Assembly: GCA_965221905.1 (NCBI GenBank)
Contig: OZ244922.1
Span: 608,001 to 672,000, forward strand
Direction: 5' to 3'
DNA: 64,000 nt
DNA from: Chloroflexota bacterium
GTDB lineage: Bacteria; Chloroflexota; UBA11872; VXOZ01
The notes under the pieces are model-generated. The model saw nothing but the letters and a program-made list of their open reading frames with translations. It ran no database searches and was not told the origin of the DNA. Shown piece after piece: positions 9,813-19,691 of this stretch; the first letter of the stretch is position 1; the number at the start of each line of letters is the position of its first letter. Position numbers and translations under genes: made by a program.

Positions 9813-10664
9813 ATGGCTGATATCAAGGTTGGCGTGCGGCTTATCTGCTTGCGTACGCCCGGTCCGGAAGGGCTGGAGACGGCGGCGCAGATTGGCGCTG
9901 ACAGCGTTCAGTTGACCGTAGGGCAAGGGGAGTACGCGCCGGAAGGGATCACGGCGGCCGGTATTAGGGAACTGCAGCAGCGCGTGCAAGACTTGGGCAT
10001 GGTGATCTCGGCCACAGACGGCGGTTTGGACGATTTCGGCGACGCCGAAACGGTCGCGGAACAGGTCGCCCGCACCAAACATCTCCTCGACCATACTCGC
10101 GATCTTGGCGCGCCGGCGCTCACCAGCCACATCGGCATCGTTCCCAAGGATGCCAGTGCCCCCCGACGCCAGGTTTTTCACGAAGCAATGGAGCAGATTG
10201 GGAAGTACGCCGAGGAAATAGGCATGTACTTCGGCATCGAGACCGGCCCGGAGCCGGCCACCGTGCTGCTGGAGCTTATAGAGTCTATCGATACCGACGG
10301 CATCAAGATCAATCTGGACCCGGCCAACTTCATCACGTGGGCGGCGCGCATCGCCAAACAGGAGGGACGCCCCTACGATCGCGCGGCGGCGTTTGCCGAG
10401 TCCGACCCCCACGAAGCGGTCTACATCCTGCGGGACCACATTATACATACTCACATCAAGGATTCCGCTGTGGAGGACGATTCCGGCCGCCATGAGACGC
10501 CGGTGGGTCAAGGCTGGATCGAGTGGCCGCGCTACCTCAAGTCGTACCAGGACATCGGATTCACGGGCTACCACTGCATTGAGCGCGAGGCGGGAGAGAA
10601 CCGCGTGGCGGAAACCCGCGACGCCATTGCCTTCGTGCGCGAGATCGCGCAGCAGTTGGATTAG
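9813..10664 (+). CDS. Sugar phosphate isomerase/epimerase (xylose isomerase-like TIM barrel)
   Basis: GIETGPE, NLDPAN, HTHIKD, GQGWIEW, IERE metal-binding pattern. Confidence 0.9.
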   Translation: MADIKVGVRLICLRTPGPEGLETAAQIGADSVQLTVGQGEYAPEGITAAGIRELQQRVQDLGMVISATDGGLDDFGDAETVAEQVARTKHLLDHTRDLGAPALTSHIGIVPKDASAPRRQVFHEAMEQIGKYAEEIGMYFGIETGPEPATVLLELIESIDTDGIKINLDPANFITWAARIAKQEGRPYDRAAAFAESDPHEAVYILRDHIIHTHIKDSAVEDDSGRHETPVGQGWIEWPRYLKSYQDIGFTGYHCIEREAGENRVAETRDAIAFVREIAQQLD

Positions 10665-10676
10665 CAGTTGCGTTGA

Positions 10677-12170
10677 ATGGACGTACTCACGGCCATATTG
10701 GTACTGGGTGGCGCTGCCGGGCTAACGATGCTGCTGAGTGCGGTCTTGGGTCGCCTCTTGCCGCAGTTCACTTCCCGTCACGTCAAGCCGGTCGTGCAGA
10801 GCAAAGACCATGAAGACTTGCCGAGCCTGCGCCTGCCCAACGTCGGTGGTATGGCGCTAGTCATTGTGCTCTGGTGTCTTGGCGGAGTCTGGTGGGTAGT
10901 ATGGCCTCAGACGGGTACGATTCTCCTGCTGCTCATAGCGCTTACCACGCTCTTCTTTGCGCTCGGCTTCATCGATGATTGGTTAAAGTGGCGGCGGGGC
11001 ACCGGCATCGGTGAGCGCACGTATTTGCTCGGTCACGCCTTCATGGCGCTCGCCACTGTGGCGTCACTGTATTGGCTGGTAGGAGACTTTGCGCAGTCGG
11101 CAATACAGGGAGGCCGCGTGTTGCAGGCCCTCAACGTCGTCGGCAGCATTGGACTTGGACTGACTCTCTTCTGGCTCTTCTTGCTCACCTTCGGTACGGC
11201 GTTTTCGGTCGCCGTGAGTGACGGCATCGACGGCCTGACCGCCGGCATGGCGAGTATAGCCGGTGGCGGCATGCTTCTATCACTCATAGTCCGTGAGGCA
11301 AACAGTGAATTAATTGCATTTGGGGCCGCTCTCCTGGGTGTGTGCATTGGGCTGCTCCTCTTCAATCAGCCTTCGGACTGGTCTTCCACGGGTAGCGTAA
11401 AGCGACGCTCGCGCATCTATCTGGGCGATAGCGGCGCCGTGGCGTTGGGCGGGGCTTTCGCGGCGCTGGCGCTCTATAGCGGTGCGGACGCCGTATGGCT
11501 TTTCGTCGGCGGCGTTTTCCTGCTGGACGGCGGTTCCGGCTTCCTGCAAGCTAAAATCGTGACACCGTTCTGCCGCCACTTCGTCCGCTTGCGGCGCTAC
11601 GCCAAGACACCGCACTTCGTGCCCCATACGGAGTTTCCACTGCCGTTTACGGCCACGCCGCTGCACCACCACTTCGAGATGCTCGGCATCGGCCGGCTCA
11701 GTGTGGTGTGGCTCTTCTGGTCGTGCAGCGTCTTGGCGGCAATCAGCGGCATCATAGTAGCGGCATTTCCGCGGTTTCACGTTGTAACGGTTGGGAGCGC
11801 GTTGCTATTCTACGCAGTATTAATTGGCGGCGCAATGTGGATGACGGGGCGCTTTCTCGGTGCGATGGAAGGGGCGAATGGTACTGCGGTGCTGACGGTC
11901 TGCGCCGGCAGGCCTTACACATTGTTTGGTCGTCACCTGTATCGTGTCGTCGAACTTACCGCTACGTCTCTACCGTCTCCAAGAGACCAGCAAATGATCG
12001 CTCTTTGGCAGCCGTGCAACCGCTGGGACGTGCTGGCAAACCTCGCCTACGTCCAAGCCCTCGCGGGAGACCGGAAGACAGCCCAAGAGACGTGGCAGCG
12101 CATCCCTGAGGCGAACCGTAGATTGCGCCCTGATCACCCGGTTGTGGCAACGCTGGGCAATTTAACGTAG
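10677..12170 (+). CDS. MraY-like polyprenyl-phosphate sugar-1-phosphate transferase (Glycos_transf_4 family) with C-terminal extension
   Basis: PNVGG, GFIDDWLK, DGIDGL, IYLGDSGA, PLHHHFE motifs; no dcw genes nearby. Confidence 0.8.
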   Translation: MDVLTAILVLGGAAGLTMLLSAVLGRLLPQFTSRHVKPVVQSKDHEDLPSLRLPNVGGMALVIVLWCLGGVWWVVWPQTGTILLLLIALTTLFFALGFIDDWLKWRRGTGIGERTYLLGHAFMALATVASLYWLVGDFAQSAIQGGRVLQALNVVGSIGLGLTLFWLFLLTFGTAFSVAVSDGIDGLTAGMASIAGGGMLLSLIVREANSELIAFGAALLGVCIGLLLFNQPSDWSSTGSVKRRSRIYLGDSGAVALGGAFAALALYSGADAVWLFVGGVFLLDGGSGFLQAKIVTPFCRHFVRLRRYAKTPHFVPHTEFPLPFTATPLHHHFEMLGIGRLSVVWLFWSCSVLAAISGIIVAAFPRFHVVTVGSALLFYAVLIGGAMWMTGRFLGAMEGANGTAVLTVCAGRPYTLFGRHLYRVVELTATSLPSPRDQQMIALWQPCNRWDVLANLAYVQALAGDRKTAQETWQRIPEANRRLRPDHPVVATLGNLT

Positions 12171-12474
12171 AGCGGGGGCTTGTCCCCCGCCTCTTGCCAC
12201 AGCAAATGAACGCATTCTGACCTACTGCTCGAATTCTTCGTCGGCGGGGCGTGTCCTGTGTTCGCCAAAGGGCTTCTCAGAATAATGATTGAGGAGTTTG
12301 GGGCACGTGTGGGATCATAGTACGTATCACAAGTCCGTACCTCCAAAGCTCCAGGCTGCGTATTCCATTCAGCATTGGCAGCGCAATGGACCCAATTTGC
12401 CCGTAGAGAAGAGTCTCCCGTTCCATTGCGCCCATCTTCGCGGCGTGGTCTTATAGGAACAGGGGCAAATTCGC

Positions 12475-13920
12475 ATGATCAGCGCCGTGACCGACAGGAC
12501 GATTTCGCCGCGAATCCAGCAACTGCCGAAGGCCATCGAGCCGCATGCGGTGGCGTCTGCGTTTGCCCATTTGCCGGGATTGGCGCTCTTGGAGAGCAGC
12601 CAGCCGGGAGCGCTCGGACGGAATTCCTACCTCACCGCCGATCCGTTTCTGCGCGTTGAGAGCGTCGGCGACCGGATTACCTTGCAGTGGCGGGACTGCA
12701 GTCCGCAAAGCGAAGTACGGTATGGTCAGCCGTTCGCGGTGCTGCGTACGCTGCTGGCGGAATATGCGGCGACGCCCACACTGGAAGGTCCGCCCTTTCA
12801 AGGCGGTGCAGTGGGCGCATTTGCCTATGATCTGGGGCGTCAGCTTGAAGAGCTGCCGTCGCAGGCCCGCAATGACGTGCCTACCCCTGAGTTGAGCTTG
12901 GGATTTTACGATTGGGTACTGGCGCACGACCACCAAACGGGAACTTCCTGGCTGGTGACCACCGGCCTGCCCGACCGCACGGAAGAGTGCGCCTTGGCAC
13001 GGCAGGCACAGGTCATAGAAATACTCACAGCTTGGCAGGCGCGCAGCGGCGACCGGGAACATGCCGCCGGACGCTTTCGCCTGACCACTCCCTTAGAATC
13101 GAACATGACCCGCGAGCAGTACCTTGCCATGGTGCGGCGGGCGCAGGATTATATCGCGGCCGGCGACGTCTACCAGGTGAACCTCTCGCAGCGGTTTGCC
13201 GCCGGATGGGAGGGATCGCCGTGGGCACTCTACCGGAGCCTACAGCGAGAGAGTCCGGTGCCGTTTGGGGCCTTTCTCGATCTCGGCGATAGCTGGGTAG
13301 TTTCAGCTTCCCCGGAACGATTCTTGCACGTGCGCAATGGGGTTGTAGAATCGCGACCGATTAAGGGCACGCGGCCGCGCGGGGACACTCCGGCGTTGGA
13401 CTCCGCGCTGGCGGACGAGCTGCGCACGAGCGAGAAGGACCGCGCTGAGAACCTCATGATCGTGGACCTGCTGCGCAACGACTTGGGCAAGGTCTGTCAG
13501 CTTGGCTCAGTGCGTGTGCCCGCGCTGTGGCAAATAGAGGGCTATAGCAACGTCTGGCAGCTTGTCAGCGCGGTTACGGGCGAGTTGCGTCCCGGAGCCG
13601 ATGCCGTTGCGGTGCTTGAAGCTGCTTTTCCCGGCGGCTCCGTAACCGGCTGTCCCAAGATTCGGGCGATGGAGATCATCGAGGAGTTGGAACCGGTGCG
13701 GCGGGGCTTCTACTGCGGCGCGATTGGCTATCTTGGCTTTGATGGCTCGATGGATACGAGCATTGTGATCCGTACGGTGGTGCTGACGCGCGACCGGCTC
13801 TACTTACAAGTAGGCGGCGCAGTGGTGGCGGATTCCGATCCCCAAGCGGAGTATGAAGAGACTCTCGTGAAAGCCCAAGCCGCGCGGCATGTGCTGGAGG
13901 GAACGGACCCGCAGCAGTGA
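12475..13920 (+). CDS. pabB: Aminodeoxychorismate synthase component I
   Basis: YQVNLSQRF, SASPERFL, RPIKGTRPRG, AENLMIVDLLRND, FPGGSVTGCPK. Confidence 0.9.
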   Translation: MISAVTDRTISPRIQQLPKAIEPHAVASAFAHLPGLALLESSQPGALGRNSYLTADPFLRVESVGDRITLQWRDCSPQSEVRYGQPFAVLRTLLAEYAATPTLEGPPFQGGAVGAFAYDLGRQLEELPSQARNDVPTPELSLGFYDWVLAHDHQTGTSWLVTTGLPDRTEECALARQAQVIEILTAWQARSGDREHAAGRFRLTTPLESNMTREQYLAMVRRAQDYIAAGDVYQVNLSQRFAAGWEGSPWALYRSLQRESPVPFGAFLDLGDSWVVSASPERFLHVRNGVVESRPIKGTRPRGDTPALDSALADELRTSEKDRAENLMIVDLLRNDLGKVCQLGSVRVPALWQIEGYSNVWQLVSAVTGELRPGADAVAVLEAAFPGGSVTGCPKIRAMEIIEELEPVRRGFYCGAIGYLGFDGSMDTSIVIRTVVLTRDRLYLQVGGAVVADSDPQAEYEETLVKAQAARHVLEGTDPQQ

Positions 13921-13941
13921 AGCCCAGCACGCTATGGTTGT

Positions 13942-14850
13942 GTGCATTATGTGCGGGAGGAACGGCATATCGGCAGCAAAGCCATCTGCTATGTAGACGG
14001 GCAACTCGTACCGGAGAGCGCGGGCGTAATCTCTGTTCGCGATCGTGGGTTGCTGCTCGGCGACGGGCTGTTCGAGACGATGCGTGTCGTGGGAGGCCGC
14101 GTACTCCAATGGCAGCGGCATTGGGAGCGCCTGCACAATGGGGCGGGCGTGATCCGTCTGACGTTGCAGTGGACGGCGGACGAACTGCATGAAGCGGTGA
14201 GACGCACTCTCCGCGCCAACGAATTGCGCGAGGCAACCGTCCGACTCACCGTGACGCGGGGAAGCAGCGCCGCGCGCGGCCTGCTGCCGCCTGCCGACGC
14301 GCTGCCGATGCTTCTCATCCGCGCGACGCCGTTTGTGCCCTACCCGGACCGCCTCTATCGAAACGGCATGCAGGTGTTCGTCAGCCGAACTGTCCGCCGT
14401 AACGAGTACTCACCGCTCTCCCGTGTAAAGTCGCTGAACTATCTCGACAACGTTGTAGCCCGCCAAGAAGCGGCGGAAAGAGGGGCTGATGAGGCACTGC
14501 TGCTCAATACGCAAGGCCATGTAGCGTGCGCGACCACAGCAAACATATTCAGTGTGCACGCAGGCCGCTTGCTCACGCCGCCGTTGGAAGCCGGTGCGCT
14601 GCCGGGAACCGTGCGGGCGCTCATTATCGAAGAACTCGCGCAAGAAGCCAATTGCCTCGTTGGCATCACACATCTCCGCGAGGAGGCACTACGTGACGCC
14701 GACGAGCTTTTCCTCACAAACGCGCTCATGGGCATCATGCCGGTGACAACTCTAGACGGTCAGCCTATCGGCGACGGCAAACCCGGGCCGCTCACACAAG
14801 GACTCCGCACCGCGTACGAGAAGTGGTTGTTGTCGGCTGGGGAGCGGTAG
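13942..14850 (+). CDS. Class IV aminotransferase, probably 4-amino-4-deoxychorismate lyase (PabC-like)
   Basis: DRGLLLGDGLFETMR, VKSLNY, LPGTVR, ADELFLTNA; directly downstream of pabB; start uncertain. Confidence 0.85.
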   Translation: MHYVREERHIGSKAICYVDGQLVPESAGVISVRDRGLLLGDGLFETMRVVGGRVLQWQRHWERLHNGAGVIRLTLQWTADELHEAVRRTLRANELREATVRLTVTRGSSAARGLLPPADALPMLLIRATPFVPYPDRLYRNGMQVFVSRTVRRNEYSPLSRVKSLNYLDNVVARQEAAERGADEALLLNTQGHVACATTANIFSVHAGRLLTPPLEAGALPGTVRALIIEELAQEANCLVGITHLREEALRDADELFLTNALMGIMPVTTLDGQPIGDGKPGPLTQGLRTAYEKWLLSAGER

Positions 14851-15014
14851 CCTGAGATGAGGACCGAAATCGCTTGCCGGGAATGTTTAGACAGATTTCC
14901 CGGTTCCTACGTGCGCTCCAGTTAGCAGGAGACACTCACTGTTCTTGCCGAAGGGGTGACGGGCTGCCGTCAGCAGGCGAGCAAGGAATTGCCTGTGCGG
15001 GTCTAAGAAAAACA

Positions 15015-15052
15015 TAGGGAGGAGGGTGACAACCTTGTCAACCTCCTCCCTA
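15015..15052. terminator. GC-rich hairpin between convergent pabC-like and dksA/traR-like genes
   Basis: TAGGGAGGAGGGTGACAA-CC-TTGTCAACCTCCTCCCTA near-perfect inverted repeat. Confidence 0.6.
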
Positions 15053-15124
15053 CGGAGTGAGAGGGTAAGAGACAGCAGGTAGAATTCTGCTTAGTACGCT
15101 GAGCAATCAGCGTGCGCCGACTGC

Positions 15125-15511
15125 TCAGCGAGCGCCGAACCAGGCGCGTTCGCGTCGGGCCTGGCACGCCACGCAGAGCGTGGCTTCCGGCACAAACTCA
15201 AGACGTTCTGCAGAGATACCCTCCCCGCAGTCTTCGCAGACCCCATAGGTGCCTGCTTCGGCTTTCTGCCAGGCCTGATCGAAGGCTCTCAGATCACGTC
15301 GTAAGACATCCAGCACTGCTTCACGATCCTCTTGGATGGCGACGTCCTGCGCCAGGTCCACGAAGTCGTCGTCGTTAGCCGAACCATCGGTCCCACGCGC
15401 ACGTTCCTGCAAATCGGTCGCTACTGAGTTTGCGAGGAGCGCTGCCAAGGCATCTCTTGCCTCTTGCAACCGCTGCACGCGGTCGACTCGTTGTTCTAGC
15501 TCTCTGGCCAT
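15125..15511 (-). CDS. TraR/DksA family C4 zinc-finger protein
   Basis: GTYGVCEDCGEGISAERLEFVPEATLCVAC; coiled coil with DFVDLA tip; AAGGAGG RBS before ATG 15511. Confidence 0.9.
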   Translation of the reverse strand: MARELEQRVDRVQRLQEARDALAALLANSVATDLQERARGTDGSANDDDFVDLAQDVAIQEDREAVLDVLRRDLRAFDQAWQKAEAGTYGVCEDCGEGISAERLEFVPEATLCVACQARRERAWFGAR

Positions 15512-15685
15512 GGGTTGTACCTCCTTCACCGCACTTTGTCCGCCACATTGGCGGGGCCGGTGCCGTGCCATGATGTGGGCTGGGTGGGCGCGCAGTGTAA
15601 CTTCTTTGTTACGTCTCATCGGCCCACCGGGTTGCAACGAGCTATTTCTGCCAGCATACCACCGGATATAAAGACTGTGAAGCGA

Positions 15686-15738
15686 TTCTAAGGAACTTCT
15701 TAGGATATTTGCCAATTATTAAGGATATTCTAAGAAAC
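15686..15738. promoter_or_regulatory. Phased direct repeats (T[T/A][C/T]T[A/T]AG), candidate OmpR/PhoB-family operator
   Basis: TTCTAAG 15686, TTCTTAG 15697, TATTAAG 15717, TTCTAAG 15728 (two 11-bp-spaced pairs) in an AT-rich divergent intergenic region. Confidence 0.5.
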
Positions 15739-16015
15739 AAGCTTCTATTCTAATAACTATAGTCTTTATAGTATAGGCTGAAGGGCAATAAATCGAGAGA
15801 TTCTATTAGGTTCCCGCTACAAGGGTTGCAGTCTCAGTGAAGAAGGCTTAAGAATAGTTATGCTCGGCAGTGCTCTTAGTTAGCGCAGTTTGTACCTCGC
15901 GGTCCCCGCCGAGGACACGAAGCAGCGCTAGCAGTGTACTATATGCAATGCCGTTTGGCAGTGCAAGACGCAACGTGGCACAATTACCAACACTATCTGC
16001 GGAGTACCTATTCTG

Positions 16016-17074
16016 ATGAAGATGTATACGCTAGCGGTAGCCGGTCTCGGTTCCTTTACGCAACGTGTCCTGCTGCCCGGCCTGCTTGCCTGTGACCGTG
16101 TGCGCGTGGTTGGCGCGTTTACGCGGAGTCAAGAGCGTGCTGCAGAGATGCAGTCTCAGCACTCCGATCTGCCGATCTTTACGGACTACACGCAATTGCT
16201 GGACGCCGCCGCGCCGGAAATCGTATTGATCGGCACGCCTAATGCCTCGCACGCGTCCATGACGATTGAGGCCGCCCAACGCGGCTGCCACGTCATTTGC
16301 GAGAAACCCCTTGCGCCGACATTGCAGGGAGCCGAGGCGATGGCGGCTGCTGTACAGGATGCGGGCATCCGCACTGCCGTCAACTTCACCTTTCGCTCCA
16401 TAGGCGCCGCACGCTACGCCAAGCACCTTTTGGATGAGGGGCGCTTGGGGCGCATCACACACGTAGTTCTCTTATACTTGCAGGACATTCGTCAGGGCGC
16501 GGATCGCCCCAAAGTGTGGCGCATGGATGGTGAAATAGCTGGCGCCGGCGCGCTGGGCGACCTAGGCAGCCACGCCATCGATTTGGTGCGGTGGTGGTGC
16601 GGTGACTTTGCCACGGTTACGGGACACACCTACACACACAACGTGGAGCGGCAGGGGGGTGCGGTCACCAACGACGATACCGCAGTCTTGCTCGCGCGGC
16701 TTACGTCCGGTTTACCGGTGACGCTGCATATCAGTCAGGCGGCCGCGGGGCGCTCCAACTCGTTGCGCGTAGAGGTTTACGGGGAAGCAGCAAGCCTCGT
16801 CTTCACTACAGAGCGCGGCACGGAGCCCACAGTGCAGATCGCCAGCCCCGGTGAGATTGGCTTTACGCAGTTGCCGATTCCCGATGAGTTTACGGTCGCG
16901 TATGAGGCATTTCCAGCATACTGCGCCGGTCGGCTAGTGAACACTATTCTCGGTACGGACTTCGTTGCGGACTTTGCCGACGGCCTCGCGGCCCAGCGGG
17001 TGATCGATGCAGTCCAACGAGCTGCGGCGAATAGCATCTGGGTACCGCTTCCACGCGTCGAAAAGACAACGTAG
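16016..17074 (+). CDS. Gfo/Idh/MocA family oxidoreductase
   Basis: AVAGLG, TPNASH, CEKPLA, GALGDLGSHAID. Confidence 0.93.
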   Translation: MKMYTLAVAGLGSFTQRVLLPGLLACDRVRVVGAFTRSQERAAEMQSQHSDLPIFTDYTQLLDAAAPEIVLIGTPNASHASMTIEAAQRGCHVICEKPLAPTLQGAEAMAAAVQDAGIRTAVNFTFRSIGAARYAKHLLDEGRLGRITHVVLLYLQDIRQGADRPKVWRMDGEIAGAGALGDLGSHAIDLVRWWCGDFATVTGHTYTHNVERQGGAVTNDDTAVLLARLTSGLPVTLHISQAAAGRSNSLRVEVYGEAASLVFTTERGTEPTVQIASPGEIGFTQLPIPDEFTVAYEAFPAYCAGRLVNTILGTDFVADFADGLAAQRVIDAVQRAAANSIWVPLPRVEKTT

Positions 17075-17138
17075 GCTGCTCATCGGTGAGGCTTCAGTCT
17101 CGGACGGTGGAGTGCCTTCGGGAGATACGCTCGCGGCA

Positions 17139-18263
17139 CTAATTGGGCCCATCGTTCTGCGGCGGCGGATCCTCATCTCCATCATCTAATGGTTCATCCT
17201 CTGTCTCCAATTGAGCGATGAGCCACGGCACGAAGAGGCGCATCACCAGCACCTGCATCGCTGCCACGAGGGGCACGGCAATCACGATGCCAAGTATTCC
17301 ATACAGCACGCCTCCTGCCAGCACGCCAACCATTACGAGGATGGGATGCAGGCCAACGGCGCGTTCCATAATCTTGGGTACAAGTATGTTGTTCTCTAAC
17401 TGTTGAATGACCACGTACAGGATCGCCGTGGCCAACGCGAGCCACGGTGAGTCGGTAAACGCCACGAGTATCGCCGGTATGGCTCCAAGAAACGGCCCGA
17501 TTATTGGGATGATTTCCATAAGACTGGCCCAGGTCGCCAGGGCAACCGGATAGGGAATTCCCAACGCAAAGAGGCCGATGAACGTCACCGTGCCGATAAA
17601 GGCCATGAGGATGATCTGGCCGCGCACCCAGCCCCCGGCACGTTGCGAGAGTTCGGCGGCAAGGCTGCGGACCGCCTCCGCGCGTTTTGGCGGCAAGAGC
17701 GCGATCACGGAACTATTCAGCCTTTCAGTGGCGCTCATCCAGAAGAAGCCAATTACGAGCACAGAGACTACGCCGAACAAGAACCCCAGAACCTGGAACG
17801 GTACGGCAGCCAAGGTACCGACGAGCTGCGTCATGGTTGTGGTAAGGTTCGTGCCAAGGTCGCGCAACTGGTCGTCGTCGAAGCCCAGCTCTACTGATGT
17901 CTCGTAGAGTCGCGGTAACTCTGCTTTAACCCTTTCAATTAGAATTGGCGTCAATTCGTCGAAGCCACGGACCTGCACCACCAGCGGTGGGACAATGAGC
18001 AGACCAACGCCCGTTAGAACGAGGGCCAGCAGCAGATAGACGATCATTACGGCGACGCCGCGGGGTATCTTCCAAGTTTGTAGCTTATTGGCGATGGGCC
18101 GTATTGACTCCGCCAGGAGGATGCCGAGGAAGAGCAGCACCAGCACGCTCACGATGCGCGTGGCAATGATGCCGATGAAGAGCACAAGCAAAACCACGCC
18201 CGCACCGAGCAGAAAGCTCATGGGCGTGATTCTAATTATGCGTGGTTCAGGAAGGTTGTCCAT
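17139..18263 (-). CDS. AI-2E family transporter (PerM-like)
   Basis: GWVRGQ, IPIIGP, QQLENNILVPKIM, GLHP. Confidence 0.93.
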   Translation of the reverse strand: MDNLPEPRIIRITPMSFLLGAGVVLLVLFIGIIATRIVSVLVLLFLGILLAESIRPIANKLQTWKIPRGVAVMIVYLLLALVLTGVGLLIVPPLVVQVRGFDELTPILIERVKAELPRLYETSVELGFDDDQLRDLGTNLTTTMTQLVGTLAAVPFQVLGFLFGVVSVLVIGFFWMSATERLNSSVIALLPPKRAEAVRSLAAELSQRAGGWVRGQIILMAFIGTVTFIGLFALGIPYPVALATWASLMEIIPIIGPFLGAIPAILVAFTDSPWLALATAILYVVIQQLENNILVPKIMERAVGLHPILVMVGVLAGGVLYGILGIVIAVPLVAAMQVLVMRLFVPWLIAQLETEDEPLDDGDEDPPPQNDGPN

Positions 18264-18790
18264 AGAAATACCGGATTCCAGAGTAGCACGCCGCTCATCT
18301 CAATGGCAATTGATTGCATGCATGGCCGTAAGCTATCCGATCAGAGGGATCGTGTGAGTCGGCATGGCTGCAATCCACTTGGCGCAGTATCTCCGTATTT
18401 CGTCTGCCCTTCAGATCACGGGCACACTCCTTAGCTTGCGATAGTGAGCAAACCACTCCCTCCGCCTGCGCGCTCCAGCGGGTTGCCACTGGCACGGAAT
18501 TCGGGATTGTGGCGAAAACAATACATATGTGCTGACTTTAAAGTATTATAGAAAACGCAAGTATAACAGCGAGAGAAAGTAGAGTCGCATCCAATCTGCG
18601 CTAAGGTATGGTGAAGTGAAGCGCCGGAGCTGCGAAGAATTGGGTCTCTGCATCCGGGCAGCTCTTTACGCATAGGCGAAAACGCTCGGCCCACACAACC
18701 AAGCAGTGGGCGCATTGCGAACCTCCGTGTTTGCGCCGATGTAGGGCGATTCCTTACGGTGGCCGGGCGCAACGTGCTAGGTGCATGTGC

Positions 18791-19435
18791 ATGCGCGACT
18801 TGCCGGAGATCGAGGCGGTGTTAGACGAAAAACAACAGCCATTAGCGGGTCAAGGCACAGGTGAATCTGCAGATTCACTCCCATGGCTTGAGCGAAATCG
18901 CTTGGGCATTGTGCTTCTGCTGGTCGTGCTCACTGCTATCGCGCTGGGATTGTATGCGCTGCAGTTGCGCAACACGGCGCCAATCAGCATCACGCCGGTG
19001 CAAACGGAATTGCGCGACATAAGAGTGTACATAACCGGTGCTGTGGCGCAACCGGGAGTTTACGCAGCCAGTTCCGGGGAGCGTGTGGGCGACGTGGTGG
19101 CACGCGCCGGCGGTCTGACGGCAGCAGCCGATCCCGTGGCCATTAATCTGGCGCGGCGGACGCAGGACGAGATGCACATTCATGTTCCTGCAAAAGGTGA
19201 ATCCGGGCAGGCAGCCGCTTCGAATACAGCCTCTTCGCCGCTGGCCCCGCTAAATGTTAATACGGCAACGCAAAGAGACCTGGAAGCGCTGCCCGGCATC
19301 GGGGAGGTGACGGCGCGCAGAATTCTCGCCTCGCGCGAGGCCGACGGCCCGTTTGCGAGCGTGGACGATTTGAGCCGCGCCGGAGTGCGCCCCACGATCA
19401 TCGAGCAGATTCGGAGCATGGTCGTTGCTGAGTAG
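18791..19435 (+). CDS. comEA: Competence DNA-binding protein ComEA
   Basis: TM helix, SLBB domain (VYITGAVAQPGVY), HhH domain (LNVNTAT..LEALPGIG); start approximate. Confidence 0.88.
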   Translation: MRDLPEIEAVLDEKQQPLAGQGTGESADSLPWLERNRLGIVLLLVVLTAIALGLYALQLRNTAPISITPVQTELRDIRVYITGAVAQPGVYAASSGERVGDVVARAGGLTAAADPVAINLARRTQDEMHIHVPAKGESGQAAASNTASSPLAPLNVNTATQRDLEALPGIGEVTARRILASREADGPFASVDDLSRAGVRPTIIEQIRSMVVAE

Positions 19436-19691
19436 GTAAACAAGGCGCCTTTCTTAGCGAGCACGGTCTTAGCGAGCATGGGCGCGAGCCTGATGGCACG
19501 CTGTACGGGGTTGCGAGACCAAGCGCCAGCTTCTTTATGATGAGCACAGGTTTCAAACCTGTGCTACTCTCTTTGATGAAAGAGCCGCAAATGAAACTAC
19601 TACAGTCATTTGCCGCGCGAAGCTGTGATATGAGACACACGCAGAGCCGCAAAGGCGCGCACACAGATTAAGCAGCAACGAGAAACCGCAC

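Noticed and set aside
18515-18535. LexA/SOS box upstream of comEA (ATACATATGTGC)
   Set aside because: Too many mismatches to GAAC-N4-GTTC and only one copy
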